The notes under the pieces: generated by a model
The model's database searches: none
What the model saw: only the letters and a program-made list of their open reading frames with translations
What the model was told of the DNA's origin: nothing
Position numbers and translations under genes: made by a program
Source: Clostridiaceae bacterium
GTDB taxonomy: Bacteria; Bacillota; Clostridia; Saccharofermentanales; DTU023
Assembly: GCA_012728535.1 (NCBI GenBank)
Contig: JAAYEX010000022.1
Coordinates: forward strand, 1 to 32,849
DNA length: 32,849 nt
Direction of reading: 5' to 3'
Part shown: piece after piece, positions 16,781 through 26,092 of the stretch
Layout: the number at the start of each line of letters is the position of its first letter
How positions within the stretch are numbered: position 1 is the first letter of the stretch

Positions 16781-19700
16781 CTAATCTTCGCTTGCCGCCA
16801 GACGTTGGTAGGTTTTGTAACGGCGACCTGCTGCATCACGGGCTTTGGCAAAGATATCTTCAACCTTTTCCGGACTGTACTTTTGAGCCAATGAAGTGTA
16901 ACGCACCTCTCCTCTGAGGAATTCGGTGTAATCACGCTTGGGCTCTTTTGAATCAAGTACGAAAGCATTCTTGCCTTCTGCCTCCAAATCGGGATTGAAG
17001 CGATAGAGGTGCCAGTAACCTGTCTCAACAGCATCTTTCTCACGCTGCTGTGAAAGGACCATGCCGCCCCGGATACCGTGGTTGATGCAGGGAGCATAAG
17101 CGATAACCAGTGATGGTCCATCGTACTCTTCTGCTTCTTTCAGTGCTCTCAGCGTCTGATTCTGGTTGGCCCCCATTGCCACCTGAGCAACATAAACATA
17201 GCCGTAAGACATTGCCATCAGGCCCAGGTCTTTCTTTTGACGTTCTTTGCCGCCGGCTGCAAACTGAGCGATTGCACCCAGAGGTGTGGCCTTTGAAGCC
17301 TGACCGCCGGTATTGGAATATACCTCAGTATCCAGTACGAGAACATTAACGTTTTCGCCACTGGCCAGGACATGATCCAGACCTCCATAACCGATGTCAT
17401 AGGCCCAGCCGTCACCACCGATAATCCACTGTGAACGGAGCATGAGGTAATCAGATAAAGCAAGCAGACTCTTGCAGACTTCCTTAGCTTCGCCGTCGAG
17501 CTTAACAGCCTTCAGGGCCTCAATCAGCCTATCAGAAACTTCACGTGTGCTCTCTCTATCCTGAGCTGACTCAAGGTATGCTTCAAGTGCTTCCTTGAGT
17601 TCTGCAGGCGGATCAAACGCATTGAGTCTTTCGACCAGTTCATGGGCACGTGCACGCAGCTGATTGTAGCCCAGGTACATACCTAAGCCGAATTCAGCGT
17701 TGTCCTCAAACAAAGAGTTGGCCCAGGAAGGACCATGTCCGTCTTGATTCGGGCAATACGGCATGGAAGGTGCTGAGCCGCCCCAGATTGAGGTACAACC
17801 TGTCGCGTTGGCAATCATCATGCGATCACCGAAGAGCTGTGTCACGAGCTTCACATAAGGTGTCTCACCGCAACCTGCGCAGGCACCCGAGAACTCAAGC
17901 AGGGGTTCTTCAAACTGGCTGCCCTTTACGGAGAACTTCTTCAGAGGGTTCTCTTTGTGTGTAATCGTCATCGAGTAGTCCCAGTTATCAGCCTGCTCCA
18001 TTTGATCTGCGAGAGGTTCCATGACCAGAGCTTTTTCCTTGGACGGACAAACCTCAGCACAGTTACCGCAGCCGGTGCAGTCAAGAGCTGATGGCTGGAT
18101 ACGGAACTGATACTGATCATACTGCTTCATTCCTGTTACAGTATCGTAGCCGTCAGGTGCATTGGCTTTCTCTTCCTCATTCAGCAGGAAAGGACGAATA
18201 ACTGCGTGCGGGCAGACATAGGAGCACTGATTACACTGGATACAGTTTTCCGGAATCCAGCGCGGGATATTAAAGGCAATACCGCGTTTTTCATAGCGTG
18301 AAGTGCCCTGCGGAAAGGTGCCGTCTACGTGGTCAACAAAAGCCGACACGGGCAATGAATCACCTTCCTGCCTGTTCATGACATCTGCGATTTCACTAAT
18401 GAATCCGGGCACATTGCGCTTTACTTCATCTTCATCTGCAGCGGTCTTCCAGCTTTCAGGAACTTCGACCTTTCTCAACTGTGAAATACCTGCGTCTACA
18501 GCATTGTAGTTCATCTTGACGATATCTTCGCCTCGTCTGCCATATGACCTGACAATGGCTTCCTTCATGTAGGTAACTGCGTCATCGACCGGAATTACTT
18601 CACTGATTTTAAAGAAAGCAGCCTGGCAGATGGTATTAATACGTCCGCCCAGTCCCAGCTCTTCAGCGATACTCGCTGCATCAATAACATAGAAATTGGC
18701 CTTACGCTCTGCCAGGGCCCGTTTGATAGCTGCAGGGAGTTTCTCTTCAAGCTCTTCATCACTCCATGCAATATTCAGCAGGAATGATCCGCCTTCTTTC
18801 AAGGGAGCCAGCATGTCGTAAGTATGAATATAGGCCGGGGTGTGGCAGGCTACAAAGTCAGCTGTATGAACCAGGTAAGGTGCGCGGATCGGCTTCCGTC
18901 CAAAACGCAGGTCGGAAATGGTAACACCGCCGGACTTTTTGGAGTCATAAGAGAAATATGCCTGGGCATACTGGTCTGTATGATCACCGATTATCTTAAT
19001 AGAATTCTTATTAGCACCCACTGTTCCGTCAGATCCCAGACCCCAGAAGCGTGCCTGATAAGTAGCATCATCAGTTACGTCGACAGTTTCACCCAGCGGC
19101 AAAGAAAGGAAACTGACATCGTCAACAATGCCGATAGTAAAGTTTGTCTTGGGTTCCGGCAGTTTCAGATTATCAAATACGGAAACAATCTGTGAAGGTG
19201 TCGTGTTTTTCGAACCCAAACCGTAGCGTCCGCCCACAATTTCAACTTCGGGACGGGTACGAGAAAGCGCCTTGACAATATCAAGGTACAAGGGCTCACC
19301 ATTTGAACCGGATTCCTTGGTACGGTCGAGTACGGCGATCTGCCTGACTGACTCCGGGATAGCATCGAGCAATAAAGCATCAACAAATGGACGGTAGAGA
19401 TGAACATGCAATACACCGGTCTTGCGGCCGTTCTTGTTCAAGAAGTCTACTGTCTCGCAGACAGTCTCATAGACTGAGCCCATGCAAATGATAATTTCTT
19501 CAGCTTCCGGATCGCCATGATATACAAAGGGTTTGTAGTAACGGCCAGTCAGCTTACCATACTCTTCCATGTAATGCTCGACAATAGCCGGCAATTCTTC
19601 ATAGTATGAGTTGGCTGCTTCTTTTTCCTGGAAGAAAATATCCGGGTTCTGCGCTGTACCGCGCAGGCTCGGAGCATTAGGAGTCAGTCCGCGGTCACGG

Positions 19701-20314
19701 AAGGCCTGAACTGAATCCATATCAACCAGTCCTGCAACATCTTCGTAATCGTAGACTTCAATCTTCTGCATCTCATGCGAGGTGCGGAAGCCATCGAAAA
19801 AGTGGACAAAAGGAACACGGCCCTTAATAGCTGCTAAATGAGCTATAGCCCCCAAATCCAGAGACTCCTGAACGCTCGAGGACGCCAGGAGCGCAAAACC
19901 TGTTTGGCGCGCTGCCATAACGTCACTATGATCTCCGAAAATGGATAATGCGTGACCGGCAATGGAGCGGGCTGATACGTGGAAAACTCCGGGTAAGAGT
20001 TCGCCTGATATTTTATACATATTCGGAACCATCAATAAGAGTCCCTGTGAAGCTGTATATGTCGTCGTCAATGCACCCGCTGCCAATGAGCCATGAACGA
20101 CCCCTGCTGCTCCCCCTTCGGATTGCATCTCTACTACATTGACTGTCTGGCCGAAGACATTCTTGCGGCCCTCTTGTGCCCACTTGTCAACCAAGTCCGC
20201 CATAGTGGAGGACGGCGTAATCGGATAGATACCTGCAACTTCCGTAAACGCGTAAGACGAATATGCAGCTGCTTCGTTTCCGTCCATTGTCATAAATTTT
20301 TTGTTTTTCTGCAT
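16781..20314 (-). CDS. nifJ: Pyruvate:ferredoxin (flavodoxin) oxidoreductase, single-chain PFOR
   Basis: 1177 aa. Motifs include MDGNEAAAYSSYAFTEVAGIYPITPSS, two ferredoxin motifs (CIQCNQCSYVCP, CTGCGNCAEVCP), and the TPP-binding region GGDGWAYDIGYGGLDHV. AAGGAG RBS. Confidence 0.95.
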   Translation of the reverse strand: MQKNKKFMTMDGNEAAAYSSYAFTEVAGIYPITPSSTMADLVDKWAQEGRKNVFGQTVNVVEMQSEGGAAGVVHGSLAAGALTTTYTASQGLLLMVPNMYKISGELLPGVFHVSARSIAGHALSIFGDHSDVMAARQTGFALLASSSVQESLDLGAIAHLAAIKGRVPFVHFFDGFRTSHEMQKIEVYDYEDVAGLVDMDSVQAFRDRGLTPNAPSLRGTAQNPDIFFQEKEAANSYYEELPAIVEHYMEEYGKLTGRYYKPFVYHGDPEAEEIIICMGSVYETVCETVDFLNKNGRKTGVLHVHLYRPFVDALLLDAIPESVRQIAVLDRTKESGSNGEPLYLDIVKALSRTRPEVEIVGGRYGLGSKNTTPSQIVSVFDNLKLPEPKTNFTIGIVDDVSFLSLPLGETVDVTDDATYQARFWGLGSDGTVGANKNSIKIIGDHTDQYAQAYFSYDSKKSGGVTISDLRFGRKPIRAPYLVHTADFVACHTPAYIHTYDMLAPLKEGGSFLLNIAWSDEELEEKLPAAIKRALAERKANFYVIDAASIAEELGLGGRINTICQAAFFKISEVIPVDDAVTYMKEAIVRSYGRRGEDIVKMNYNAVDAGISQLRKVEVPESWKTAADEDEVKRNVPGFISEIADVMNRQEGDSLPVSAFVDHVDGTFPQGTSRYEKRGIAFNIPRWIPENCIQCNQCSYVCPHAVIRPFLLNEEEKANAPDGYDTVTGMKQYDQYQFRIQPSALDCTGCGNCAEVCPSKEKALVMEPLADQMEQADNWDYSMTITHKENPLKKFSVKGSQFEEPLLEFSGACAGCGETPYVKLVTQLFGDRMMIANATGCTSIWGGSAPSMPYCPNQDGHGPSWANSLFEDNAEFGLGMYLGYNQLRARAHELVERLNAFDPPAELKEALEAYLESAQDRESTREVSDRLIEALKAVKLDGEAKEVCKSLLALSDYLMLRSQWIIGGDGWAYDIGYGGLDHVLASGENVNVLVLDTEVYSNTGGQASKATPLGAIAQFAAGGKERQKKDLGLMAMSYGYVYVAQVAMGANQNQTLRALKEAEEYDGPSLVIAYAPCINHGIRGGMVLSQQREKDAVETGYWHLYRFNPDLEAEGKNAFVLDSKEPKRDYTEFLRGEVRYTSLAQKYSPEKVEDIFAKARDAAGRRYKTYQRLAASED

Positions 20315-20363
20315 CGATTTCTCCTTATCCTATACAGGTTACTCCTGCCTTTTATCCGCAAAC

Positions 20364-20372
20364 ATTATATCA
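20364..20372 (-). promoter_or_regulatory. Extended -10 promoter element (TGaTATAAT) for nifJ
   Basis: A perfect TGnTATAAT on the minus strand lies in the 59-nt gpmI-nifJ gap, about 50 nt upstream of the nifJ ATG. Confidence 0.45.
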
Positions 20373-20373
20373 T

Positions 20374-21948
20374 TTATTTCCTGGCTGATTTTCTTATCAG
20401 CGATTTACCTGTCATGACTTTCGGCTGTTTAAGCCCTGCCAACTCAAGAATTGTGGGAGCCAGATCAGCCAGTCTCCCATCCTCCAGTTCTATGTCGTCG
20501 ACACCGGCCAGAATCAGTGGAACCGGATTGGAAGTATGGGCTGTCAGAGGACCGCCGTTTTTTCGATCAAACATGGATTCCGCGTTACCGTGATCCGCTG
20601 TGATCAAAGCGGCACCTCCTCTTTCCAGAATCATCGGAATAAGTTCAGCCATAGCCTTATCCACTGTTTCCACCGCCGCGACCGCTGCCGAAAAAATTCC
20701 GCTATGGCCGACCATGTCGCAGTTGGCATAGTTCACGACATACAAATCATAATTATCTTCTTCTATCAGGGTGGCCAGAGCTGCTGTTAACTCCGGCGCG
20801 CTCATTTCGGGCTGCAAATCATAGGTCGCCACCTTAGGCGAGGGTATCAGTAGACGGTCCTCACCGCTAAAGCTTTCTTCCCTGCCGCCGTTAAAAAAGA
20901 AAGTAACATGAGCATACTTTTCCGTCTCTGCTGCTCGCAGCTGTTTCAGGCCCGCCCGGGAAAATATTTCTCCCATACTCTCGGTCACATCTTCAGTTTC
21001 GAAAGCTATTCTCAAATTCTTAAAGCTGTTAAATTCGCTGTCGTATTCAGTCATGCTGACAAAATCAAGCTGACCTGCCTCCAGCAATGTTTCAAACTCA
21101 GTAAAGCTCTCATCCATCAAAGCCCGTGTCAGTTCGCGGGCCCTGTCAGGCCTGAAGTTGAAGAATATAAAGCTGTCGCCAGGTTCAAGCAAGGCGATGG
21201 GCTCTCCCTCAGCATCCACAATCTGGGCTGGAAGTAAAAATTCGTCAGTAACTCCATTGGCGTAAGATTCTCTGATATATTCCCCGGCAGACAAATTGCG
21301 CGGACCATCGTAATCTTTATCAGTCAGTGCACGATAGGCAATACGTACCCGCTCCCAGCGTTTGTCCCGGTCCATGGCATAGTAACGGCCTGATACTGAG
21401 GCTATCTTTCCGATCCCGTTCTTTTCAATGAATGACTCCAGCTCTTCTGTATAAGCTATACCGGATTCAGGCGGTGTATCCCGTCCGTCATAGAAAGCAT
21501 GTACATAAACATTTTTCAGACCCAGTGTTTTCGCCATTTCCAGTAAGGCGTAGAGATGATTAATATGGCTATGCACGCCGCCATCGGATAGAAGTCCTGC
21601 CAAATGCAAGTCTTTCCCCTTGTCCCGGGCGGCAATCATTGCTGATTTGAGCGCTTCATTTTCATAAAAACTCTTGTCGTCTATTGCGAGGTTAATGCGC
21701 ATTAAATCCTGGTAAACGATACGTCCCGCCCCTATATTGGTATGCCCTACCTCGGAATTACCCATCTGGCCTTCGGGCAGGCCGACATCAAGCCCACTGG
21801 TGTAAATCCTGCTTGATTTCCATTCAGTAAAGAGTTTATCCAAATAAGGAGTCCGGGCCGCTTTTACAGCGTTGCCCTCAGTTTCTGCAGATAAACCCCA
21901 GCCATCAAGCACGAATAAGGCCAATGGCCGATATTTTTGATCTGTCAT
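20374..21948 (-). CDS. gpmI: 2,3-bisphosphoglycerate-independent phosphoglycerate mutase
   Basis: LFVLDGWG, GQMGNSEVGHTNIGAGR and ITADHGNAE motifs. Start set at the ATG at 21948 (GAGAGGGA upstream); the track start at 21975 would overlap pgk-tpi. Confidence 0.92.
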   Translation of the reverse strand: MTDQKYRPLALFVLDGWGLSAETEGNAVKAARTPYLDKLFTEWKSSRIYTSGLDVGLPEGQMGNSEVGHTNIGAGRIVYQDLMRINLAIDDKSFYENEALKSAMIAARDKGKDLHLAGLLSDGGVHSHINHLYALLEMAKTLGLKNVYVHAFYDGRDTPPESGIAYTEELESFIEKNGIGKIASVSGRYYAMDRDKRWERVRIAYRALTDKDYDGPRNLSAGEYIRESYANGVTDEFLLPAQIVDAEGEPIALLEPGDSFIFFNFRPDRARELTRALMDESFTEFETLLEAGQLDFVSMTEYDSEFNSFKNLRIAFETEDVTESMGEIFSRAGLKQLRAAETEKYAHVTFFFNGGREESFSGEDRLLIPSPKVATYDLQPEMSAPELTAALATLIEEDNYDLYVVNYANCDMVGHSGIFSAAVAAVETVDKAMAELIPMILERGGAALITADHGNAESMFDRKNGGPLTAHTSNPVPLILAGVDDIELEDGRLADLAPTILELAGLKQPKVMTGKSLIRKSARK

Positions 21949-21967
21949 AAATTCCCTCTCAAAGCGA

Positions 21968-23911
21968 TCAGGCATTAGCGATCACAGCAAAAGCATCCGC
22001 TTTCAGTGATGCGCCTCCTACCAGTCCTCCATCAATAGCATCCGAAGCAAAGAGTTCGGCTGCGTTCTCATCATTTACTGAGCCGCCATAGAGTATCTTC
22101 ACCCGTTCGACACAGTCTGCAGGAGATTTTTGTTCCAGAAGTGTTCTAATAAAAGCACATGCTTCCTCAGCCTGGTCTACCGTAGCGGTAACTCCAGTGC
22201 CAATAGCCCAGATCGGCTCATAGGCCACGATAATCTGCACCAATTTGTCCGCTGTGACAAATTCAAAGGCGGATTCAATCTGACGTGTCAAAACAGCCTC
22301 AGTCTCTCCGGCATTTCTTTCGTTCAGGGATTCACCGCAACATAGTATCGGGCGTAAACCCCAGTTCAGTGCTGATTTGAGCATGTTCTGAATGCGTTCA
22401 TCTGATTCGTTGTCCATAGCCCTACGTTCCGAATGGCCGATGAGAACATAGGGAACGTGCATTTTCGCCAGTGTCTCCATCGAAACACTGCCGGTATAGG
22501 CTCCGGAATCCGCTTCGTGCCCCGCCTGTGCAGCTATATGAATATTGCTGTAGGCGCCGGCCGTCAAAGCAGCGTCCAGGGCAGTATAGGGAACAGCCAC
22601 AATTATTTGGGCCGGAGCATCTGCTAATTTTTGCTTTAGTTCTTCAATATAAGAGACTGCTTCTGACGGAACGCCCTTATTCATCTTCCAATTGCCTGCT
22701 GCGACTGTACGCCTGGGATCAAGGTCCATCAGGCAATCAACACCGGGCAGAACGCGCCCCTCCAGCATCTCCAGTGAAGCACCTCCACCTGTAGAGATGT
22801 GGGTCATACGCTGATCATCGCCGAATTGCTTCACAGCTGCTGCTGAATCACCACCGCCGATTATTGTTATAGCTTCCGCTTCAGCCATAGCAGTGGAAAT
22901 AGCCTTAGTGCCCTCGGCGAAAGCCGGGAACTCAAATACACCCATGGGTCCGTTCCAGACAACAGTGCCGGAAGATTTAATAATCTCGGCAAATAGTTCT
23001 GCGGTCCGGGGTCCGATATCCAATCCTTCCCAATCTGCAGGAATCTCGTCACTGTTGACCAATCGTTTTTCCGCATCAGGAGAAAACTCTTTTGCTATGA
23101 CCGTATCAACAGGCAAGCTCAGTCTTACACCTTTATCTTCAGCTTCTGCCATCAATTCCTTAGCCAGATCTATCTTATCGCTTTCGAGGAGAGATTTTCC
23201 GACCTCCCAGCCTTTTGCAGCCAGGAAAGTGTATGCCATGCCTCCACCGATAATCAGGTTGTCGACTTTGCCGAGCAAATGCCTGATAACACCAATCTTA
23301 TCCGATACCTTCGCTCCGCCCATCACAGCAGTAAAAGGACGCTGCGGATTATCAACAGCATTGCCGATCATCTCCAATTCCTGTTGGATCAGGTAGCCGG
23401 AGACTCCGGGCAGGAAGCCTGCAACTCCGGCAGTTGAAGCGTGCGCCCGATGTGCTGTGCCGAAAGCGTCATTAACATAAATATCCGCTAAAGCAGCCAG
23501 ACTGCGGGCAAACTCGGGGTCATTTTTAGTTTCTTCACTGTGGAAGCGGACATTTTCCAAAAGCATGACCTGACCATCTTCCAGACCGGCAGCTTTTTCT
23601 TTGGCATCAGTACCGATCACGTCAGCTACCTGAATGACTTTAAGGTCCAGATGCTCTGAAAGGCGGTCAGCACATATTGCCAAGGACAATTTGCTGTCAA
23701 CACCCTTGGGACGTCCAAGATGCGAAACCAGGATCAGGCGAGCTCCCCGTGACAAGAGGTTTTTAATTGTGGGCAAAGCTGCCACAATCCTCTGGTCATC
23801 AGTAATCTCACCTGTCTGTTTGTCGAGCGGAACGTTGAAATCCACCCGCATCAGTACACGTTTTCCCTGTACATCAATATCTTCATGCGTCATCTTTTTT
23901 ATTTTTGACAT
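21968..23911 (-). CDS. pgk-tpiA: Bifunctional phosphoglycerate kinase / triosephosphate isomerase in one ORF
   Basis: Residues 1-~400 are PGK ([32 protein letters not shown]). They join in frame, through [14 protein letters not shown], to a complete TIM ([25 protein letters not shown]). Confidence 0.92.
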   Translation of the reverse strand: MSKIKKMTHEDIDVQGKRVLMRVDFNVPLDKQTGEITDDQRIVAALPTIKNLLSRGARLILVSHLGRPKGVDSKLSLAICADRLSEHLDLKVIQVADVIGTDAKEKAAGLEDGQVMLLENVRFHSEETKNDPEFARSLAALADIYVNDAFGTAHRAHASTAGVAGFLPGVSGYLIQQELEMIGNAVDNPQRPFTAVMGGAKVSDKIGVIRHLLGKVDNLIIGGGMAYTFLAAKGWEVGKSLLESDKIDLAKELMAEAEDKGVRLSLPVDTVIAKEFSPDAEKRLVNSDEIPADWEGLDIGPRTAELFAEIIKSSGTVVWNGPMGVFEFPAFAEGTKAISTAMAEAEAITIIGGGDSAAAVKQFGDDQRMTHISTGGGASLEMLEGRVLPGVDCLMDLDPRRTVAAGNWKMNKGVPSEAVSYIEELKQKLADAPAQIIVAVPYTALDAALTAGAYSNIHIAAQAGHEADSGAYTGSVSMETLAKMHVPYVLIGHSERRAMDNESDERIQNMLKSALNWGLRPILCCGESLNERNAGETEAVLTRQIESAFEFVTADKLVQIIVAYEPIWAIGTGVTATVDQAEEACAFIRTLLEQKSPADCVERVKILYGGSVNDENAAELFASDAIDGGLVGGASLKADAFAVIANA

Positions 23912-24006
23912 AAAGTACCCTTTCCTATCAGAATGGCTAAATATCAGTGTTTTTATACAGTATTATTTTCCCATATTTCTCAAAAATCTTTTGTACAAAT
24001 CTACTC

Positions 24007-24948
24007 CTAAGATTTGACGCGGGACAGCACATAATCACGATAAAGAGCTGTTTCACGCGTATACATCACGTGGTGCGAGTCGTTCTCATCTTTGCCGTGA
24101 TTATCAGATCCCTGGGTAACTATTAAATCCGACTCCCGCGCAAGCCTGTAAAACAAATATGCACTTTCCGGATCAACCATACCGTGAAAGGCTTCAATCC
24201 CGTGCAAACCGATGTTCTTGAGTTCTCTGAATATACCGCTCAAGCATTGTATAGCTTCTTCATCATCAATGGAAACGGGACAGAATTTGTATTCGTGCGG
24301 ATGTGCCAAAACAGCAATCCCTTCCGAGGCATTGATAATCCGCAGACATTCCCGGGCAGTAAAATGACGACGAGCAATATAGGCCGGTTTTCCCGGCACA
24401 AGCAATTTCTTAAAAGCTTCATTGCCACTTTTGAAATGACCGTCCTTGACCACCTGACGAGCGAGGTGCCCCCTGCCCCCTACTTCATTTTCATCGTCCC
24501 CTTCAGTCGGACCGTCTATAGAAAGCTCGTAGCCCAGCTTCAGGATCTGATCAAACATCTTTTGATTACGTATTTTGCGCTCTTTCTGCAGGTCCGCAAT
24601 AAAGTCGTACATCTCTGCCGGTGGTTTTTCCGAAAAATAAGCCAAGAGATGAATATCCGCATCTGCAAAGCGCGTGCTGATTTCTATACCGGCAACAAAG
24701 ACCGTTACTACCCGGTCTTCATTTTCTTTTACAAGCACTTTCTGTTCCGTCACAGCCTCTGCGATTCCGCCCAGAGTATCGTGATCTGTAATAGCTAGAG
24801 CGCGTAAGCGTGCTTTCCAGGCAGCCCTGACTACATCAGCAGGGCTTTGCAAACCATCGGAGTAGTGTGAATGAAGATGAAAATCGACACCACCGGCAAC
24901 AGTAGCCTGATCGAGAAAAGCAGCTAGTTTTTGCTGTTTGTCAGTCAT
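24007..24948 (-). CDS. PHP-domain phosphoesterase (TrpH/YciV-like)
   Basis: VDFHLHSHYSDG and LAITDHDTLGG are PHP metal-binding motifs, with GSDNHG at the C-terminus. I prefer the ATG at 24948 (ATGACTGA overlaps the GT2 stop); the track start at 24972 is a GTG. Confidence 0.8.
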   Translation of the reverse strand: MTDKQQKLAAFLDQATVAGGVDFHLHSHYSDGLQSPADVVRAAWKARLRALAITDHDTLGGIAEAVTEQKVLVKENEDRVVTVFVAGIEISTRFADADIHLLAYFSEKPPAEMYDFIADLQKERKIRNQKMFDQILKLGYELSIDGPTEGDDENEVGGRGHLARQVVKDGHFKSGNEAFKKLLVPGKPAYIARRHFTARECLRIINASEGIAVLAHPHEYKFCPVSIDDEEAIQCLSGIFRELKNIGLHGIEAFHGMVDPESAYLFYRLARESDLIVTQGSDNHGKDENDSHHVMYTRETALYRDYVLSRVKS

Positions 24949-25915
24949 TTTCTTCACGGCCTTTTCGTTCACTGATCAGGTAACGCGGTCTTTGCTTAAC
25001 TTCGTTGTAAATTCGATCGATATACGTTCCGATTACGCCCAGACCAAGAAAAATACCGCCGCCGGTTAAAAGCTGGAGCAGTATGACCGTGGTAAAGCCT
25101 TCAACCGCATGTCCCTGAAAATAATTGACTGATGTTTGAACGGTAAGAATCAAAAAGAAAAAGATAAATATCCAGCCTACGATATTAATAATCTGCAGCG
25201 GCTTGGAGGAAAAAGCTGTAAGGGCGTTGCTGCCCAAGCGCATGAGTTTAAATACGCTCCACTTGCTCTTGCCGCTTTTACGCTCCTGAACTTCAAATTC
25301 AAATGTAATTCGGCGAAAACCAAGCCAGGCTGACAGTGCCCGATAAAAGGTTTCTTTCTCCGGCAGCCTGTTCCAGGCATCTATCACTTTTCGGTCAAGT
25401 AATTTATAGTCGGATGCATTTTTCAGATTGTAACCGGAAGCGAACTTGAATAATTTATAAAAGGTGTTAGCAGCAAATCTGGATAAGGCACCGTCATTGC
25501 GTGCTGACTTGATGCCCTCAACGACATCATAGCCCTCCTGCCACAGCTCAACCATCTGCGGTATATGCCTGGGATCGTGCTGCAAATCACCGTCTATGGT
25601 AATGGCCGCATCCCCTCTCACCTCAGCAAGTCCGGCAGAAAGAGCTGCTTCCTTACCGAAATTGCGAGAAAGACGCAAAGCGTAGACCTGAGGATATTCA
25701 TCTGCATATTGTGAAAGCAGTCTCCAGCTATTGTCACTGGATCCGTCATCAACACAGACTATCTCATAGCTTAAATTCAGCGAGTCCATGATGGGCACCA
25801 CTGTTTGCAGAGTAGTCTCAATTTGTTTTTCTTCATTGTAAAAGGGAATCAATAAGGAAACTGCCGGCCGGTCAGTTTCTTTGTGTATCACTTCAGTCTG
25901 TTTTTCACCTAACAT
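24941..25915 (-). CDS. Family-2 glycosyltransferase, GtrB/polyprenyl-phosphate sugar transferase-like
   Basis: VSLLIPFYNEE...VCVDDGSSDNS...IDGDLQHDP gives a GT-A DxD fold. Two C-terminal TM helices are typical of bactoprenol-phosphate glycosyltransferases. Confidence 0.85.
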   Translation of the reverse strand: MLGEKQTEVIHKETDRPAVSLLIPFYNEEKQIETTLQTVVPIMDSLNLSYEIVCVDDGSSDNSWRLLSQYADEYPQVYALRLSRNFGKEAALSAGLAEVRGDAAITIDGDLQHDPRHIPQMVELWQEGYDVVEGIKSARNDGALSRFAANTFYKLFKFASGYNLKNASDYKLLDRKVIDAWNRLPEKETFYRALSAWLGFRRITFEFEVQERKSGKSKWSVFKLMRLGSNALTAFSSKPLQIINIVGWIFIFFFLILTVQTSVNYFQGHAVEGFTTVILLQLLTGGGIFLGLGVIGTYIDRIYNEVKQRPRYLISERKGREEND

Positions 25916-26047
25916 ATATCACCTTGAATACCATATTTGCAGGCTTACAAAAATTACAGCAATCTCCAATCTTTCAATTGTTGTAATTTCCACTATACAG
26001 TATAAGCGAACTTTGGTGAATTTGTACGGATATTGATATCTTTCTTT

Positions 26048-26082
26048 CCGTCCAAAGGCGAAAGAAATCGCTCTTTGGACGG
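26048..26082 (-). terminator. 10-bp stem-loop just downstream of the VanW gene, with no U-tract
   Basis: CCGTCCAAAG ... CTTTGGACGG around a 15-nt loop, 11 nt past the VanW stop. The missing T-run makes its role as a terminator uncertain. Confidence 0.35.
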
Positions 26083-26092
26083 CTGAATTAAT

